A DNA stretch of 32,000 nucleotides from Candidatus Saccharimonadota bacterium (GCA_000503915.1 CP006915.1:510001-542000); one strand, 5' to 3'; counted from the stretch's first letter, positions 18,884-28,583 are shown. Numbers and translations are program-made. Notes: generated from the letters alone by a model not told the origin.

Positions 18884-20044
18884 TTAGTGGCGTTTTAAAA
18901 TCAGTAGCTGTCGGGCGACAACTTGGTCTTCGCGGAAATAAGCAAGATGCCTTACATCAACATGCTGTAAGGGTTGAAATTCGTATCCCAGATTACCGAT
19001 ATTATCAATCAATGGCAGTTGCGTAAGACGCCCATTAGCGTCTCGCCAGGCGGGAACAGCTAGACAAAGCGGTGTACCCGGCTTGAGTTGAGAGTGAAGA
19101 TTCTTTAGGAAGCTGGTGATGATGTGATCACAGTTTCGTACAACTTCCTGTAGCTTTGCAGGTGAAGGAGGTGCCGAGAAGGGTTGGCCAAGGTATGTTT
19201 CACCCACGACACAATCAATCGGCTGTTGCCATTGGGTGGTAGTCGCATCACCTTCATGAAGGTACCAGTCGAAAGAGTTGTGACGGAAATCTTGAAGCCA
19301 GTTAAGGTTGTCGCGCGTATAGCGAATCATTTTTTCAGAGAGGTCGGTACCATAAACAGAGTATCCAAGAAGTGCCGCTTCTTGGAGTACAACGCCAGTT
19401 CCACAGAATGGGTCAAGGATACGACTTGTGCTAGAAGGATGAGCCATATTGATCATCATTAACGCTAGTTTTGGCGGTAGCATACCGACAAACGCATCAC
19501 GCTTTGGCCTCCCCTGGTCGCGGCGGGCAAGCGCGGTGATGTTTTGTGCGCCGGTGCTCTCGGCGATGACGACTTTATTCTTTCCGTAAGCAACGAGCAG
19601 TTCAATCTTATTATCTGATAGGCCGAGTTTGTTGTGGTGGGAAGTGGCGGTGCCAAGGATGGCGTCATCATTTGGGACGAGACGGAGGCTTCCATCGCGT
19701 GCTTTGGTGGCCTGTTTCAGCTTGAGGCCAGCCATCTGAATAGCTTTTGGCGAAACGTTTTCACCGTAGACGCTAATACCAAGGGTGATTTTTCCCGCTC
19801 GTTGTAAAAACGAGGCTGTGTAGTAATGAACAATTTCGTTGCTCAAGCTTTGCCAGTTTTGACGGGGAAACTCTGCCACGACCTGGCCAGCTTTCAGAAT
19901 GCCACCCAGTGTCTCGATAGAAAAATCATCGCTCGTCAGGAGCGCCACTTCGGGCGAAAAGGGCAGCACGGCGTCACTGCCGAAGCGCTGCTCCAGCTCA
20001 GCCAGGCTGAGTTCGGGCTGGCGCCCAAGTATACATAAGATCAT
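18884..20044 (-). CDS. Putative RNA (or DNA) methyltransferase, UPF0020/Trm11-RlmL-like class I SAM-dependent
   Basis: It has the SAM motif I ILDPFCGTGVVLQEAALLG preceded by LPPKLALMMINMA, as in the UPF0020 family. TATACT (plus 20051-20056) lies 6 nt before the ATG. Confidence 0.65.
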   Translation of the reverse strand: MILCILGRQPELSLAELEQRFGSDAVLPFSPEVALLTSDDFSIETLGGILKAGQVVAEFPRQNWQSLSNEIVHYYTASFLQRAGKITLGISVYGENVSPKAIQMAGLKLKQATKARDGSLRLVPNDDAILGTATSHHNKLGLSDNKIELLVAYGKNKVVIAESTGAQNITALARRDQGRPKRDAFVGMLPPKLALMMINMAHPSSTSRILDPFCGTGVVLQEAALLGYSVYGTDLSEKMIRYTRDNLNWLQDFRHNSFDWYLHEGDATTTQWQQPIDCVVGETYLGQPFSAPPSPAKLQEVVRNCDHIITSFLKNLHSQLKPGTPLCLAVPAWRDANGRLTQLPLIDNIGNLGYEFQPLQHVDVRHLAYFREDQVVARQLLILKRH

Positions 20045-20116
20045 ACGACTAGTATACGATGAACGGAGCTGGATGTATAACTGTTCTATCGAAGCGTACG
20101 TAGTATAATAGAGCTA

Positions 20117-21157
20117 ATGTCGGCAAAAGCAATCCTTAGCTGGGTAACGTTGGGACTAGTTGTTCTAATTGTCTTTTTTTCACGCCACGAATTGGTGCAT
20201 GCCTGGGCATTGCTGCAGAGCATAAATTTGGCGGTGTTGTTACTCCTTATTCCGATGCAGCTGGTGGCGTACTATGCGGCCGGTGAGACGATTTTTAGCT
20301 ACATTCGAAACAGCAAGAAGTCTTTTAATCGAGTTTCTCGCCCTGAGCTCGCACGAATGGCGCTCGAACTCAACTTCGTCAACCATATCTTGCCGAGTGG
20401 CGGAGTAAGTGGACTCTCGTATATGAGTTGGCGATTGGGTAGGTTTGGCGTCAGTCCCGGACGGGCAACTGCCGCCCAAGCGGTGCGGTATATCGCCGGC
20501 TTTATCGCATCGATTATTCTGATTCTTATTGCTGTTATTGCCGTGACGATCGATGGCCATATTAACCGTTGGATTATCCTGGTTAGCTCTGGCATCGTCT
20601 TTTTCATGATCGTCGGGACGATGGCTATGGTATTTTTGGTAAGCAACGAAAGCCGGATGACGCGCTTTGCACACTGGCTGACGAAGACACTCAACCACTG
20701 GGCATACAAGCTGACGAAGGGGAAGAGGCGGGTGATCGTCCATGAAGCGCCGTTACTGGTCTTCTTCGGCGAGATGCACGAAGACTACCGGGAGCTGCAA
20801 GGCAACTGGCGGGTGCTAATCAAGCCACTACTCTGGGCACTACTATTCACGGTAGCGGAGGCGGCATTGTTTGTAATTACATTTTGGGCGCTCGGCACAC
20901 CGGTAAACCCGGCACCGATCTTGATTGCCTACTGCTTGGCATCGGTCGCGGGATTTATTGTCGTAACTCCGGGTGGGGCGGGAGCGTACGAGGCGATTAT
21001 GGTAGCATTTCTGACGGTGGCTGGCATCAGCTCTGGAGTGGCAATCGCCGGTATCGTGCTGTCACGCGTCGTCATTCTACTGACAACAATTGGCTGCGGC
21101 TATATCTTTTATCAACATACCTTACTACGCTATGGAAAAAACAAAACCACGTTTTAG
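20117..21157 (+). CDS. Integral membrane protein, UPF0104 / lysylphosphatidylglycerol-synthase-TM-like (flippase-like) family
   Basis: It has about 8 predicted TM segments and the family-typical PGGAGAYEA motif near the C-terminus. TATAAT (20104-20109) lies 7 nt before the ATG. Confidence 0.7.
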   Translation: MSAKAILSWVTLGLVVLIVFFSRHELVHAWALLQSINLAVLLLLIPMQLVAYYAAGETIFSYIRNSKKSFNRVSRPELARMALELNFVNHILPSGGVSGLSYMSWRLGRFGVSPGRATAAQAVRYIAGFIASIILILIAVIAVTIDGHINRWIILVSSGIVFFMIVGTMAMVFLVSNESRMTRFAHWLTKTLNHWAYKLTKGKRRVIVHEAPLLVFFGEMHEDYRELQGNWRVLIKPLLWALLFTVAEAALFVITFWALGTPVNPAPILIAYCLASVAGFIVVTPGGAGAYEAIMVAFLTVAGISSGVAIAGIVLSRVVILLTTIGCGYIFYQHTLLRYGKNKTTF

Positions 21158-22229
21158 TGTCAGCGATTTTATAGCGCTGACCAACCAGACACTCGAGTAC
21201 GCTTATCCGAGTGTCGAGATTGAAGGTGAGGTGGCTAGCTTCAAGGTCAACCAAAATAAATACGTCTTTTTTGATCTCAAGGATGATGCTGGTAGCCTAG
21301 GCTGTTTTATGACGGTTTGGCAGCTGCGGATGCCGATCGAAGACGGTATGAAAGTGGTGGTGACGGCGACGCCGAAGCTGACCAACTGGGGCAAGTTTAG
21401 TCTAACTGTGCGAGCCTTGCGTCCGAGTGGCGAGGGAAGCCTAAAAAAGAGCTTCGAGTTGCTGAAGGCAAAACTGGAAAAAGAGGGGTTGTTTGCTCCC
21501 GAGAGAAAACGACTGCTGCCGGCTTTGCCGCGACACATCGCGGTTATTAGCAGTACACAGGCTGCTGGCTATGCCGACTTTATAAAGATTCTGGACGATC
21601 GCTACGGCGGACTCACTATTGAGGTTGCGCATGTGCAGGTACAGGGGGAGGTAGCGCCAGACCAGATAATCCGAGCGTTAAAGTATTTCAATACTGCCCA
21701 AACACCGGCCGAGGCGATTGCACTGATTCGTGGCGGAGGAAGTGCTGACGACCTAAGCGCATTTAACGATGAGCAGCTCGTCCGTGAAATCGCTGCCAGC
21801 CGCATCCCGGTACTAACGGGTATTGGACATGAAATCGATGTTACACTTGCCGACATGGTGGCGGATGTACGGGCGGCGACGCCCAGCAATGCGGCACAAC
21901 TGCTGGTGCCGGATCGCCGCGAGCTTATTGCTGGCGTGCGAGCCTCTATTAACTTATTGATCCCACGTCTGGAGTATTCAATTGAGCGGACACAGCAGAC
22001 GGCAGCCGATCTGGTAGCGGAGGGGTATCAGGCAATTGTTGACTCGATTGGCCGCTATGAACATGAATTAGCACTGACCGCTAGAGTGGTCGGTGAATTC
22101 GATCCTGCTCGCGTGCTGTCACGCGGCTACGCGATCGTACGTGGCTTGGTGCAGGATGGAGGTAGAATAGAGATAGAACGACGAGCAGATATTATTGAAG
22201 CGGAGGTGCGAAATGTCAGGAAAAAGTAA
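21132..22229 (+). CDS. xseA: Exodeoxyribonuclease VII large subunit
   Basis: The N-terminal OB fold (VEIEGEVASFKVNQNKYVFFDLKD) and catalytic core (IRGGGSADDL) are present. I prefer the ATG at 21132 (MEKTKPRFSVSDF...) to the track start at 21090. It overlaps the upstream gene by 26 nt. Confidence 0.88.
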   Translation: MEKTKPRFSVSDFIALTNQTLEYAYPSVEIEGEVASFKVNQNKYVFFDLKDDAGSLGCFMTVWQLRMPIEDGMKVVVTATPKLTNWGKFSLTVRALRPSGEGSLKKSFELLKAKLEKEGLFAPERKRLLPALPRHIAVISSTQAAGYADFIKILDDRYGGLTIEVAHVQVQGEVAPDQIIRALKYFNTAQTPAEAIALIRGGGSADDLSAFNDEQLVREIAASRIPVLTGIGHEIDVTLADMVADVRAATPSNAAQLLVPDRRELIAGVRASINLLIPRLEYSIERTQQTAADLVAEGYQAIVDSIGRYEHELALTARVVGEFDPARVLSRGYAIVRGLVQDGGRIEIERRADIIEAEVRNVRKK

Positions 22230-22416
22230 AACAGTCGAAGAAAAAATGAGTGAACTACGCAAGATGGTTGCTTGGTTTGAAAGCGAGGATTTCGTACTGG
22301 AACAAGCCAGTGAAAAGTTTACGGCTGCAGCAACACTTGCCAAAGAAATCGAAAAGGATCTTAGCGAACTAAAAAATACTGTCACGGTACTAAAAGCCTC
22401 GTTTGAGGAAAAGTAA
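22213..22416 (+). CDS. xseB: Exodeoxyribonuclease VII small subunit
   Basis: It is a 67-aa helical protein directly overlapping the xseA end. The SD GGAGGTG (22203-22209) precedes the ATG at 22213. Confidence 0.8.
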   Translation: MSGKSKTVEEKMSELRKMVAWFESEDFVLEQASEKFTAAATLAKEIEKDLSELKNTVTVLKASFEEK

Positions 22417-22419
22417 CCA

Positions 22420-22944
22420 GTGCTGGTCTGGACTGTGACGGCGCTCGTGCTCCTCGGTGGTTTTATGGTCGCATTTGGAGCGCCGTATGTGCCAACCAGG
22501 CCTAGAGAGCTACGCCGTGCATTCGGCGAACTATATAGCGTGAAGCCGACAGACTGTCTGGTTGATATCGGGTCGGGGGACGGCGTCGTATTGCGAGCAT
22601 TTATACGTTTAGGTGGAAGGCGCGCCGTAGGCTACGAGATCAATCCGGTTCTTGTCTTTGTGAGTAAAATTATTTCTCGCCATCATCCTGCCATCGAAAT
22701 TCACCTGGCTAATTTTTGGCGTGCTGAATTTCCCGCTGATACGACTGTTGTCTACGTGTTTGGCGACAGTCGGGATATCCGGCGTATTCAGCGAAAAGTA
22801 CAGGCAGAGGCAAGCCGCCTTGGACGGCCGCTCCATTTGATCAGTTATGGCTTCCAACTGGCCGACCAAAAGCCCATCAAGCAACGCGGTGCACACTTTT
22901 TATATACCGTCACGCCTTTACAGGGTAAGAAAGCACAAGTATAA
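22420..22944 (+). CDS. Small membrane-anchored class I SAM-dependent methyltransferase
   Basis: It has a GTG start, an N-terminal hydrophobic helix and the SAM motif I VDIGSGDGVVL. Confidence 0.6.
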   Translation: MLVWTVTALVLLGGFMVAFGAPYVPTRPRELRRAFGELYSVKPTDCLVDIGSGDGVVLRAFIRLGGRRAVGYEINPVLVFVSKIISRHHPAIEIHLANFWRAEFPADTTVVYVFGDSRDIRRIQRKVQAEASRLGRPLHLISYGFQLADQKPIKQRGAHFLYTVTPLQGKKAQV

Positions 22945-22952
22945 TCCATCGT

Positions 22953-23612
22953 ATGAATACGCACTACTCTCAGAAAAATCAAGCCGGGAGCGCCACGGTC
23001 GTTCTACTCGTCGTCCTATCAGTTACGACAGTGTTGTTCGGCGCCGGTGCTGTCTATGCTTTCGTCAACTACGTCGATCAGAAATCGAATGTTGATGCTC
23101 GTGTTGGCCAGGCGGTTGCGACTGCCGAGCGCCAGCAGGCAGAGAAAGACCAGGCGGACTTTATCGAAAAAGAGAAGTTGCCAAACCGTGAATACGTTGG
23201 TCCGAGTGACTACGGCAGTGTCAGTTTTAGCTATCCGAAGACTTGGAGTGTTTACGTAGCGAATGACGGATCGAACGGTGAGGAGTTCAAGGCGTACCTT
23301 AACCCGGTGGTGGTGCCGCCTGTAGATAAAGAGAGTCAACGCTTTGCCCTGCGGGTATTAGTCACGAATACTCAATATGACCAAGCTATCCAGCAGTACC
23401 AGGGTCTAGTGCAACAGGGTGACCTCAAATCGTCTGCTATCCGCATCAACGGACACGACGGGACGCGACTTGACGGCAAGTTTAGCGAGGATATTCGCGG
23501 TGCAGCCGTGCTATTCAAAATCCGTGACAAAACCTTGGTTGTTCGAACCGATGCCGATACCTTCAAAACCGATTTTACAAAAATCATCAAGACGCTCGAC
23601 TTCAACCAGTAA
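22953..23612 (+). CDS. Hypothetical membrane-anchored extracytoplasmic protein (219 aa)
   Basis: It has a single N-terminal TM (ATVVLLVVLSVTTVLFGAGAVYAF) followed by a beta-rich soluble domain. TATAAT (22940-22945) lies 7 nt before the ATG. Confidence 0.6.
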   Translation: MNTHYSQKNQAGSATVVLLVVLSVTTVLFGAGAVYAFVNYVDQKSNVDARVGQAVATAERQQAEKDQADFIEKEKLPNREYVGPSDYGSVSFSYPKTWSVYVANDGSNGEEFKAYLNPVVVPPVDKESQRFALRVLVTNTQYDQAIQQYQGLVQQGDLKSSAIRINGHDGTRLDGKFSEDIRGAAVLFKIRDKTLVVRTDADTFKTDFTKIIKTLDFNQ

Positions 23613-23644
23613 TTTCTTACCCAGCGTGCTACACTAGATGTAGT

Positions 23645-24373
23645 ATGGAAGCTGCGAGGGAGAAGCGCATAAATGGGGGGCAGCCTTCAGGCATTACACC
23701 TGTCGTAGTGGCAGCGCATGAGCTAAAATCCCCGCTTGCACTCATTCGTCAGTTGCTCTTAGATCTTGATTCAACTCCTGCCGATCATAGGGAGCGCCAG
23801 CGCCTGATCGATCAAATGGTGCAGGTGAGTGAAAAGGCCCTCCGTCTAACGAGTGATATTACCAAGGCCGAGACGGCACAGCAGGCGCTCTTTGAGCTTT
23901 CGCCGGTAAATCCTCTGACGGTTTGTGAAGATGTCGTGACAGAGCTTGAACGGCTGTACTCACTCCACAATTGTTCCCTCAAAATCGGTCGCCAGCGACA
24001 CATACCATCAGTAGTTGCCAATCGTGATCTATTGCGTAGAATCTTACTTAATTTTGCCGACAACGCACTGCATTATGCGGATCTAGATGGAGTGGTGGAA
24101 CTTCAGGCACACTTGATTCGTGAGCGGCAGACCGTCCGTCTGAGCGTTCGTGACTATGGCCCGCATCTTCCGATCGGCCAGTGGCGCAGTATGCTTCGCT
24201 CGCTCGGTGAACAGCAGCCGGTACATGCTCGCCCTCAGAGCAGTGGCCTCGGTCTCTATATTTCGCATCAGTTTGCCTCCGCTATGAACGGGCGTATCGG
24301 CGCGACTCGTCACCGCGACGGCGCTTCATTCTTCGTCGAGTTACCTATCTCCCGCCAGTTGTCACTATTATGA
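23645..24373 (+). CDS. Histidine kinase core (HisKA + HATPase_c) without TM or sensor domain
   Basis: It has the H-box AAHELKSPLALI, the N-box LLNFADNALHYA and the G2 box SSGLGLYISHQFA. Only about 20 residues precede the H-box. Confidence 0.85.
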   Translation: MEAAREKRINGGQPSGITPVVVAAHELKSPLALIRQLLLDLDSTPADHRERQRLIDQMVQVSEKALRLTSDITKAETAQQALFELSPVNPLTVCEDVVTELERLYSLHNCSLKIGRQRHIPSVVANRDLLRRILLNFADNALHYADLDGVVELQAHLIRERQTVRLSVRDYGPHLPIGQWRSMLRSLGEQQPVHARPQSSGLGLYISHQFASAMNGRIGATRHRDGASFFVELPISRQLSLL

Positions 24374-24741
24374 ATAAGCCCCAGCTCATTATTGTCGAGG
24401 ATGACCAATGGCTGGCGGAGCATTATCGTCGCGTGCTCGAGCGCGAGGGCTATGAGATATACCACGCGCCGCACGCGCTGGCTGCTATCGATTTGATCGA
24501 CGATGTCCGGCCGCAAGCCATCATTTTGGACGTGCTACTGACTGGTACAAATGCACTGGCGTTGCTTCACGAGCTTCAGTCGCACACGGATCTGGCAAAG
24601 ATTCCAGTGATTTTGGCAACCAATTTGGCCGACCAAATTATGCTTGATGATGTCCAGTCGTACGGTGTGAAACGTATCTTAAATAAGGCGACGATGCATC
24701 CAGAAGATATCATTACTGCGGTGCGGAGTGTGTTGCTGTGA
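24370..24741 (+). CDS. Stand-alone response regulator receiver protein (123 aa)
   Basis: It has the acidic pocket VEDD, the acceptor ILDVLL, T in ILATN and K in LNKA. An ATGA overlap links it to the kinase and a GTGA overlap links it to recO. Confidence 0.85.
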   Translation: MNKPQLIIVEDDQWLAEHYRRVLEREGYEIYHAPHALAAIDLIDDVRPQAIILDVLLTGTNALALLHELQSHTDLAKIPVILATNLADQIMLDDVQSYGVKRILNKATMHPEDIITAVRSVLL

Positions 24742-25415
24742 GAACGATCCGTACCAAAGCCATCGTCCTACGCCGCACGAATTATGGTGAAGCCGACCGA
24801 GTCGTGCAATTTCTGACGCCGAGCGAAGGAAAACTGAGCGTTATGGCACGTGGTGTCCGACGCGAAAAGAGTAAATTGGCAGGGGGAATAGAACTTTTTG
24901 CTCGCTGCGATGTGACCGTGGCGACCGGCAGGGGTGAACTCGGCATCCTAACTGGCTCGCGGCTGGAAATATTTTATTCGCATATCATGAGTGACTATGA
25001 CCGGTTGCAGTTTGGCTACGATGCGATCAAGCAGCTATCAAAAGCGGCTGATAATATGGACGAGCCAGCTTTTTTTGATCTGCTCGACCAATGTTTTGCC
25101 TCGCTCAATGACGTGAATGTTCTGCTTGAGATTACGAAGGCCTGGTTTTGGTTGCAGCTAGCGATTTTGCTCGGTGTGGGCTTGAATCTTTCGACTGATG
25201 CTGAGGGTATGAAGCTGGTAGAAGACGCGACGTATAATTTTTCTGAGCATGACCACGCTTTTGTCTTTCACGAAGGCGGCAATTTTACTAGCGACCATAT
25301 CAAAGTTTTGCGGGTTCTCAGTGCGCAGTCGCCAAAGGTTGCTGCTCAGGTGCAGGGAGTGGGGAGATTAATCACAGATTGTCTTTGGGTGGCTGAACGC
25401 GCCGTCGCACACTAA
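24738..25415 (+). CDS. recO: DNA repair protein RecO
   Basis: It has the N-terminal OB-fold signature (AIVLRRTNYGEADRVVQFLTPSEGKLSVMARGVRR.KSK). The start is GTG. Confidence 0.85.
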   Translation: MRTIRTKAIVLRRTNYGEADRVVQFLTPSEGKLSVMARGVRREKSKLAGGIELFARCDVTVATGRGELGILTGSRLEIFYSHIMSDYDRLQFGYDAIKQLSKAADNMDEPAFFDLLDQCFASLNDVNVLLEITKAWFWLQLAILLGVGLNLSTDAEGMKLVEDATYNFSEHDHAFVFHEGGNFTSDHIKVLRVLSAQSPKVAAQVQGVGRLITDCLWVAERAVAH

Positions 25416-25426
25416 GAAAGGGAAGA

Positions 25427-25448
25427 CCCCGCCATGTTTCAGGCGGGG
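25427..25448. terminator. GC hairpin between convergent recO and the 236-aa ORF
   Basis: CCCCGCC (25427-25433) pairs with GGCGGGG (25442-25448) around an 8-nt loop. A U-rich run occurs only on the minus-strand side (CUUCCCUUUCUU). Confidence 0.5.
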
Positions 25449-25457
25449 GTGTAGAGG

Positions 25458-26168
25458 TTACTCCCTTCGAAATAGTGAGCGCAGAAGCTTTGCCGTCAGC
25501 ACGACATTGATATCGAATACCAGACGAGCCGACGAACTAGCGAGACTACGGAGCTCACGTCGCCGGGCAGATATTTCAATCCGCCGAAGCAAAAGCTGCT
25601 GCCTTTGCGACCCTTGGGCGTATGGCAGAGCAGCGTCGATGGCAATCCGCTGTTCGCGGATATGACAATCTGCCGCACTCAGCGCAAACTCGATGAGGTT
25701 TCCGATCGTTTCCTGATCTGGCTGTTTCATCAGTTGGATACGCCAGAGGTAACTCTGAGTAATACGTTGCTGACGTAAGCCCTTGGCATTGCTCATGTCC
25801 TGTTCATGCAGCCGCAATGCTTTCTCGACAAGCGCGAGGCCTGCGTCGATATCTTCCGTCTGTGCCAAAAGCAGCCCGTAGTCTCTGAAGACACGGGCAA
25901 GCCCGAGTACCTCATCTTTGCGGAATGACTCGGTTGCCAGTCCAAAGTAACGCTTTGCCTGCATCGTCTCGCCTCGCCACCAAGCACGTAGCGCTAGCTG
26001 ATGGAACAGCTCGCCCCGCCATGCCAGTACCTGAGCGTCACGATTGAACGTGACGGCAATGCGGACACTGTTTTCGTATGCACTAAGCTCGGTGCTGTCG
26101 AAATTCTCTTTAAACTCCTTGAGTACCTCGCGTGCTGGAGTATCCTTGGGGCGGAATGGAATGCCCAA
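25458..26168 (-). CDS. Hypothetical all-helical (TPR-like?) protein, 236 aa
   Basis: It is a long ORF with a TTG start preceded by GAGAGGA. A TATAAT on the minus strand lies at plus 26218-26223. The repeated helical Ala/Leu/Arg-rich segments are suggestive of TPR repeats, but I cannot verify that. Confidence 0.55.
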   Translation of the reverse strand: MGIPFRPKDTPAREVLKEFKENFDSTELSAYENSVRIAVTFNRDAQVLAWRGELFHQLALRAWWRGETMQAKRYFGLATESFRKDEVLGLARVFRDYGLLLAQTEDIDAGLALVEKALRLHEQDMSNAKGLRQQRITQSYLWRIQLMKQPDQETIGNLIEFALSAADCHIREQRIAIDAALPYAQGSQRQQLLLRRIEISARRRELRSLASSSARLVFDINVVLTAKLLRSLFRRE

Positions 26169-26288
26169 CCTGCCATCATCCTCTCACGTGCGGATTCGAA
26201 AAGAGCACCAGCCTGTCATTATACAGGAGCAAGCCTGAGAAATGACTGAATAGTGCAGATTACTACTGTCTGTTATATACTGTTACTA

Positions 26289-27620
26289 ATGGAAAACAAC
26301 GTAAAACTTGAAGATATTGTCAGCCTCGCGAAAAGGCGTGGATTTATATTCCAGGCCTCGGAGATTTATGGCGGTTTGGCTGGATTTTATGATTACGGCC
26401 CACTCGGTGTTGAGATCCTCAACAAATTAAAAGCAGAGTGGTGGAAAGCGGTGGTCACCGAAGCCGATAACATTTTTGGTGTTGACGGTGCGATCATCCA
26501 AAATCCGAAGCTGTGGGAGGCGAGTGGGCATGTGGCTGGCTTTACCGACCCGATGGTCGAAGATGTCGTCACGCACAAGCGCTATCGAGCCGATCATTTG
26601 GCAGGCGTTGATTCTACCGACCTCGATGAGCTAAAAGAATTACTCAAAGGTAAAAAATCACCAGATGGCAACGAGCTGAGTGAGCCACGCTTTTTCAACA
26701 TGATGATGCAAACATGGGTCGGGGCAGTGCAGGACGAATCATCAGTCGCGTACCTTCGCCCGGAGACAGCCGGCTCGATCTTTACGAACTATATGAACGT
26801 GAAAGACACGATGCGTGCGAAGCTGCCGTTTGGTATCGCACAGATCGGTAAAGCGTTTCGTAATGAGATCAGTCCTCGCGACTTCATCTTCCGGGTTCGT
26901 GAGCTCGAGCAAATGGAGATGCAGTATTTCATCAATCCGAAAGACCAGTCGGTGACGTACGAGTACTGGCGCGAATTTGCCTGGAGGTTCCTCGTCGAGC
27001 GACTTGGTATCGCAGAGGAAAATCTGCAGTGGCACGAGCACGACGAAAATGAGCGAGCGCACTACGCGGCAGCAGCTCATGACATCTACTTTAAGTTCCC
27101 ACAAGGATTTAAAGAACTGTGGGGTACGCATAATCGCACCGATTTTGACCTAAAGAATCATCAGCGTGTCAGCGGCAAGGACTTTACCTATAAAGATCTC
27201 GAGAGCGGGGAAGAGTTCACGCCGCACGTTATCGAAAGCTCGGTTGGTCTTGGCCGTATGCTACTGGCAGTACTCGTCGATGCGTACCGAGAGGAAGAAA
27301 TCAACGGCGATAAGCGTGTCGTACTGAAGCTAGAGCCAGAGCTGGCGCCATATCGCTATGCGGTCTCGCCGCTACTGAAAAACAAGCCGGAGCTCGTTGA
27401 GAAAGCCCGTGAAGTGTACAAAATGTTGAAGAAAAAATACGGTGCGGTCATGTGGGACGACAACGGCAACATTGGTAAACGCTACCGCCGCCAAGACGAA
27501 ATCGGTACGCCATACTGCGTGGTGATCGATTTTCAGACGCTTGAAGATGGCACTGTAACTGTGCGTGATCGTGATACAACTGAACAAATTAGAAAAAATA
27601 TCAATAAGATCGAGGAATAA
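26289..27620 (+). CDS. glyQS: Glycyl-tRNA synthetase, alpha2 dimeric type
   Basis: It has the motifs YGGLAGFYDYGPLG, LRPETAGSIF and FRNEISPR, plus a C-terminal anticodon-binding domain. I prefer the ATG at 26289 (TATACT-7 nt-ATG) to the GTG at 26253 in the track. Confidence 0.93.
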   Translation: MENNVKLEDIVSLAKRRGFIFQASEIYGGLAGFYDYGPLGVEILNKLKAEWWKAVVTEADNIFGVDGAIIQNPKLWEASGHVAGFTDPMVEDVVTHKRYRADHLAGVDSTDLDELKELLKGKKSPDGNELSEPRFFNMMMQTWVGAVQDESSVAYLRPETAGSIFTNYMNVKDTMRAKLPFGIAQIGKAFRNEISPRDFIFRVRELEQMEMQYFINPKDQSVTYEYWREFAWRFLVERLGIAEENLQWHEHDENERAHYAAAAHDIYFKFPQGFKELWGTHNRTDFDLKNHQRVSGKDFTYKDLESGEEFTPHVIESSVGLGRMLLAVLVDAYREEEINGDKRVVLKLEPELAPYRYAVSPLLKNKPELVEKAREVYKMLKKKYGAVMWDDNGNIGKRYRRQDEIGTPYCVVIDFQTLEDGTVTVRDRDTTEQIRKNINKIEE

Positions 27621-27624
27621 CTAA

Positions 27625-28194
27625 ATGCAACCTACGCTACATTCCTGGAATGGTGTGCTGTGGCGAATCAAGAATAGCGAGGTTGCATTCGCACACTGTC
27701 CAACACACCAGGGCATACAACTCGATATCTTAAGTAACGACGGTCGCCCTGTCGATCAAGCAAGAATGAAATATATCTTGAGTAGTACTCGTTTTGTGTG
27801 CCCAATGGATAATAAAATGTTTAGTATTGAGAACGACTATTTTACTTTAAGACGAAGAGTGATAGCAATTACGAAGTCTGAGGCATATAAGGATGCGAAG
27901 ATTATAGATATAGATAACATATACACACCTATTCTAAGAGTTGCACCGAAGCCTAAAGATGATAGGTACTCTGTCCAGGTTGAGATTGACGAGACACCTA
28001 ATGGAAAAAAGCTTGTTATTTATGCTATAGATCGTAAAAATCCTGATGAGAAAACTCAGATTTTTATAGACCCACAGTTTGATAAGATCAGCTTCGATGG
28101 GAGAGGCGACCTACACCCAAATATGATATTTTCCAAAGTAATCGCATACTTTAAGGACGAAAAAAAGGCCACCCTAGAGAGGAAGGAAGACTGA
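27625..28194 (+). CDS. Hypothetical protein (189 aa), AT-rich gene
   Basis: It starts 4 nt after the glyQS stop, with GAGGAA upstream. It contains two CP-x-[HD] pairs (HCPTH, VCPMD) that could form a small metal-binding knuckle. I recognised no family. Confidence 0.55.
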   Translation: MQPTLHSWNGVLWRIKNSEVAFAHCPTHQGIQLDILSNDGRPVDQARMKYILSSTRFVCPMDNKMFSIENDYFTLRRRVIAITKSEAYKDAKIIDIDNIYTPILRVAPKPKDDRYSVQVEIDETPNGKKLVIYAIDRKNPDEKTQIFIDPQFDKISFDGRGDLHPNMIFSKVIAYFKDEKKATLERKED

Positions 28195-28200
28195 GATATT

Positions 28201-28578
28201 ATGAGTATGAAAAAAGAAATTGGGACAGACAATGTAGGCACAGCACCAACGTTGTCGCAGGCAATCGAAACGAACGGAATGGTATTTGTATCTGGGCAGA
28301 TTCACGCAGATAAAAACTGGAAACTACAGGGCAAAACAGTAAAGGAAAAACTCGACGTAATTTTTGAGAATATCCGGCTGATACTTGTGGTCGCTGAACT
28401 GGAGCTGAACGATATCGTAAAAGCGACGATTTACGTAACAGACATGGCGCAAATTCCCGAGCTAAATCAACACTATTCAAGTTACTTTTCTGGCGTGCTA
28501 CCAGCACGTGAAGCGGTGTGTGTAAAAGAGCTCCCGCTCGGTGCGACAATCGAAATTAGCGTGATTGCTGCGAGGTAG
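28201..28578 (+). CDS. RidA/YjgF/TdcF (L-PSP) family protein
   Basis: 125 aa with family-typical segments (VFVSGQI, IVKATIYVTDM, ARE.V.V..LP.GA.IEI). Confidence 0.8.
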   Translation: MSMKKEIGTDNVGTAPTLSQAIETNGMVFVSGQIHADKNWKLQGKTVKEKLDVIFENIRLILVVAELELNDIVKATIYVTDMAQIPELNQHYSSYFSGVLPAREAVCVKELPLGATIEISVIAAR

Positions 28579-28583
28579 AAAAT

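Noticed and set aside
20240-20743. Two overlapping minus-strand ORFs (167 and 136 aa) inside the UPF0104 membrane protein gene.
   Set aside because: They are shadow ORFs opposite a coherent multi-TM coding frame that carries the family motif PGGAGAYEA.
21090-21131. 5' extensions of ORF-track starts: xseA 21090, xseB 22195, glyQS 26253, the membrane protein 30909, the 185-aa ORF 29499, prfB 11873 and the CHAP hydrolase 14698.
   Set aside because: Each extension overlaps the upstream gene or the promoter. Downstream ATG or GTG codons with an SD or a correctly spaced -10 give N-termini that match the conserved family starts.
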